This document shows positions 63,111 to 64,000 of a stretch of 64,000 bases of DNA, in pieces (the first letter of the stretch is position 1; each line of letters starts with the position of its first letter). Position numbers and translations under genes: made by a program. The stretch comes from an uncultured Anaerolineaceae bacterium (GTDB taxonomy: Bacteria > Chloroflexota > Anaerolineae > Anaerolineales > Villigracilaceae). The notes below the pieces were generated by a model that was given only the letters and a program-made list of their open reading frames with translations, was not told the DNA's origin and ran no database searches. The stretch is from assembly GCA_964502095.1 (NCBI GenBank), contig CAZCUF010000011.1, positions 10,459-74,458 of the forward strand. Direction: 5' to 3'.

Positions 63111-64000
63111 CTAATCCGTCGCCACAGCCTCATCCACTTCCACAACACCTTCCTCGCCCACGCCATACTGCGTTTCAAGCTGATGGCGGAACTGTTGGGT
63201 GTACAGGTTGTAGTAATGCCCGCGCTGGCGCAGGAGTTCGGCGTGCGTTCCCTGCTCCGCGATGCGGCCATTTTCGATGACGAGAATACGGTCCGCGCGG
63301 CGGATGGTGCTGAGGCGGTGCGCGATCACGAAGGACGTGCGTCCCTTCATCAGCGCTTCCATGCCGCGCTGGATCAACGCCTCGGTCAATGTGTCCACTG
63401 AAGAAGTGGCTTCGTCCATGATGAAGAGTTCCGGTTTGGCCAACACGGCGCGCGCCAGGCTGATCAACTGCTTCTGCCCAACGGAGAGCAGGTTGCCGCC
63501 CTCGCCCACGTTCTGCTCGTAGCCCTTTTCCAGGGTCACAATGAAATCGTGCGCGCCCGCGATTTTTGCGGCGGACTCGATCTCCTCGTGTGCGGCGTCC
63601 AACCGCCCGTAGCGGATGTTGTCGCGCACCGTGCCGGAGAAGAGATGCGGCGTCTGCAAAACGATGCCGATGCGGCTATGGATGGAGGCGAGGGTGTAAT
63701 CGGTGTAGTCGCGGCCGTTGATGCGAATCGTTCCCTCGCGCGGTTCGTAAAAGCGGCAGAGCAGGTTCACGATCGTGGATTTACCGCCGCCGGTCGGCCC
63801 GACCAGGGCGATCATCTCGCCGGGACTCGCTTTCAGCGTGAAATCGGTCAGCACAGGTTTGCGATCCTCATAATAGAAGTTCACGTGATCGAATTCGATC
63901 TCGCCGAGCAGGGTGTGCGCGGGGAGCGCATCCGGCTTGTCGTGAACTTCGGGCGGCGTATCCACCAGCCTGAAGATTCGTTCCGCTGAGGCGATGGAAT
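63111..64000 (-). CDS. ABC exporter (TMD-NBD fusion), C-terminal NBD part only; the gene continues beyond the window edge
   Basis: GPTGGGKST Walker A, LSVGQKQLISLARA signature, LFIMDEATSSVD Walker B. The frame stays open upstream of the annotated GTG (…SIASAERIFRLVDTPPEV), which is typical of the TMD/NBD junction. Confidence 0.8.
   Translation of the reverse strand, partial: SIASAERIFRLVDTPPEVHDKPDALPAHTLLGEIEFDHVNFYYEDRKPVLTDFTLKASPGEMIALVGPTGGGKSTIVNLLCRFYEPREGTIRINGRDYTDYTLASIHSRIGIVLQTPHLFSGTVRDNIRYGRLDAAHEEIESAAKIAGAHDFIVTLEKGYEQNVGEGGNLLSVGQKQLISLARAVLAKPELFIMDEATSSVDTLTEALIQRGMEALMKGRTSFVIAHRLSTIRRADRILVIENGRIAEQGTHAELLRQRGHYYNLYTQQFRHQLETQYGVGEEGVVEVDEAVATD

Noticed and set aside
63080-63115. 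Two 15-nt direct repeats TCACTGATT[A/G]CTAAT spaced 21 nt apart at the 3' end of the partial ABC exporter gene
   Set aside because: They are short, occur once, and partly overlap the stop codon region downstream of a terminator. There is no supporting context for a binding site, so the evidence is insufficient.
1-64000. Search for mobile elements, prophage genes, integrases, toxin-antitoxin pairs, cas genes and rRNA
   Set aside because: I recognised none in any frame. The AT-rich glycosylation block has no flanking tRNA, integrase or direct repeats that I could see, so I do not call it a mobile element.

Overview
The window is a 64-kb chromosomal segment, mostly about 55-62% GC judging by lines I counted by hand. 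Gene content looks like a monoderm, probably filamentous bacterium. My guess is Chloroflexota/Anaerolineae-like, and this is inference only. Supporting signs are many Pro/Thr-rich surface-protein linkers, GT-C/PIG-M-like glycosyltransferases, an FhaA/FhaB-RodA/PbpA cell-wall cluster and several STAND NTPases.

Housekeeping genes I recognise:
- Translation and RNA modification: hisS with an adjacent tRNA-His, a YbaK-type deacylase, two TrmH-family methyltransferases, an RluE-like pseudouridine synthase.
- Carbon and energy: glgA, malQ, gpmA, a K+-independent H+-pyrophosphatase, MTAP, a YdiJ-like FAD/Fe-S oxidase.
- Redox and repair: Fe/Mn SOD, ferredoxin, an IscA-type carrier, mutS.
- Transport and other: a 5-gene peptide ABC importer, three ABC exporter genes, an S9 peptidase, a RIO kinase.

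I found no transposase, integrase, CRISPR array or rRNA.

The most interesting locus is 42.9-45.8 kb. A 148-aa helical protein ends in a G/N/V-rich motif (GGNVQGNIVVGNNNKV). The next gene is an NB-ARC-type STAND NTPase that begins with the same motif (NVQGNVEGNIVVGDNNFV). This is the logic of NLR/amyloid-templated cell-death pairs (fungal HET-S/NWD2, bacterial Bell/BASS). Unusually, this NLR-like protein then crosses the membrane and ends in a PT-linked extracytoplasmic SH3b-like domain.

A second NB-ARC/TPR protein at 61.1-63.0 kb carries a related N-terminal motif. It also contains a perfect 120-bp tandem duplication in its repeat sensor.

Other notable items:
- a SEDS (RodA/FtsW) protein fused to a class-B PBP module whose SxxK, SxN and KTG motifs are all lost;
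- a tandem class III cyclase-STAND-TPR giant whose two cyclase domains carry complementary catalytic residues;
- an AT-rich glycosylation island;
- a fused LivH-LivM permease with a lipoprotein head domain;
- a leader ORF plus alternative hairpins upstream of the RIO kinase.
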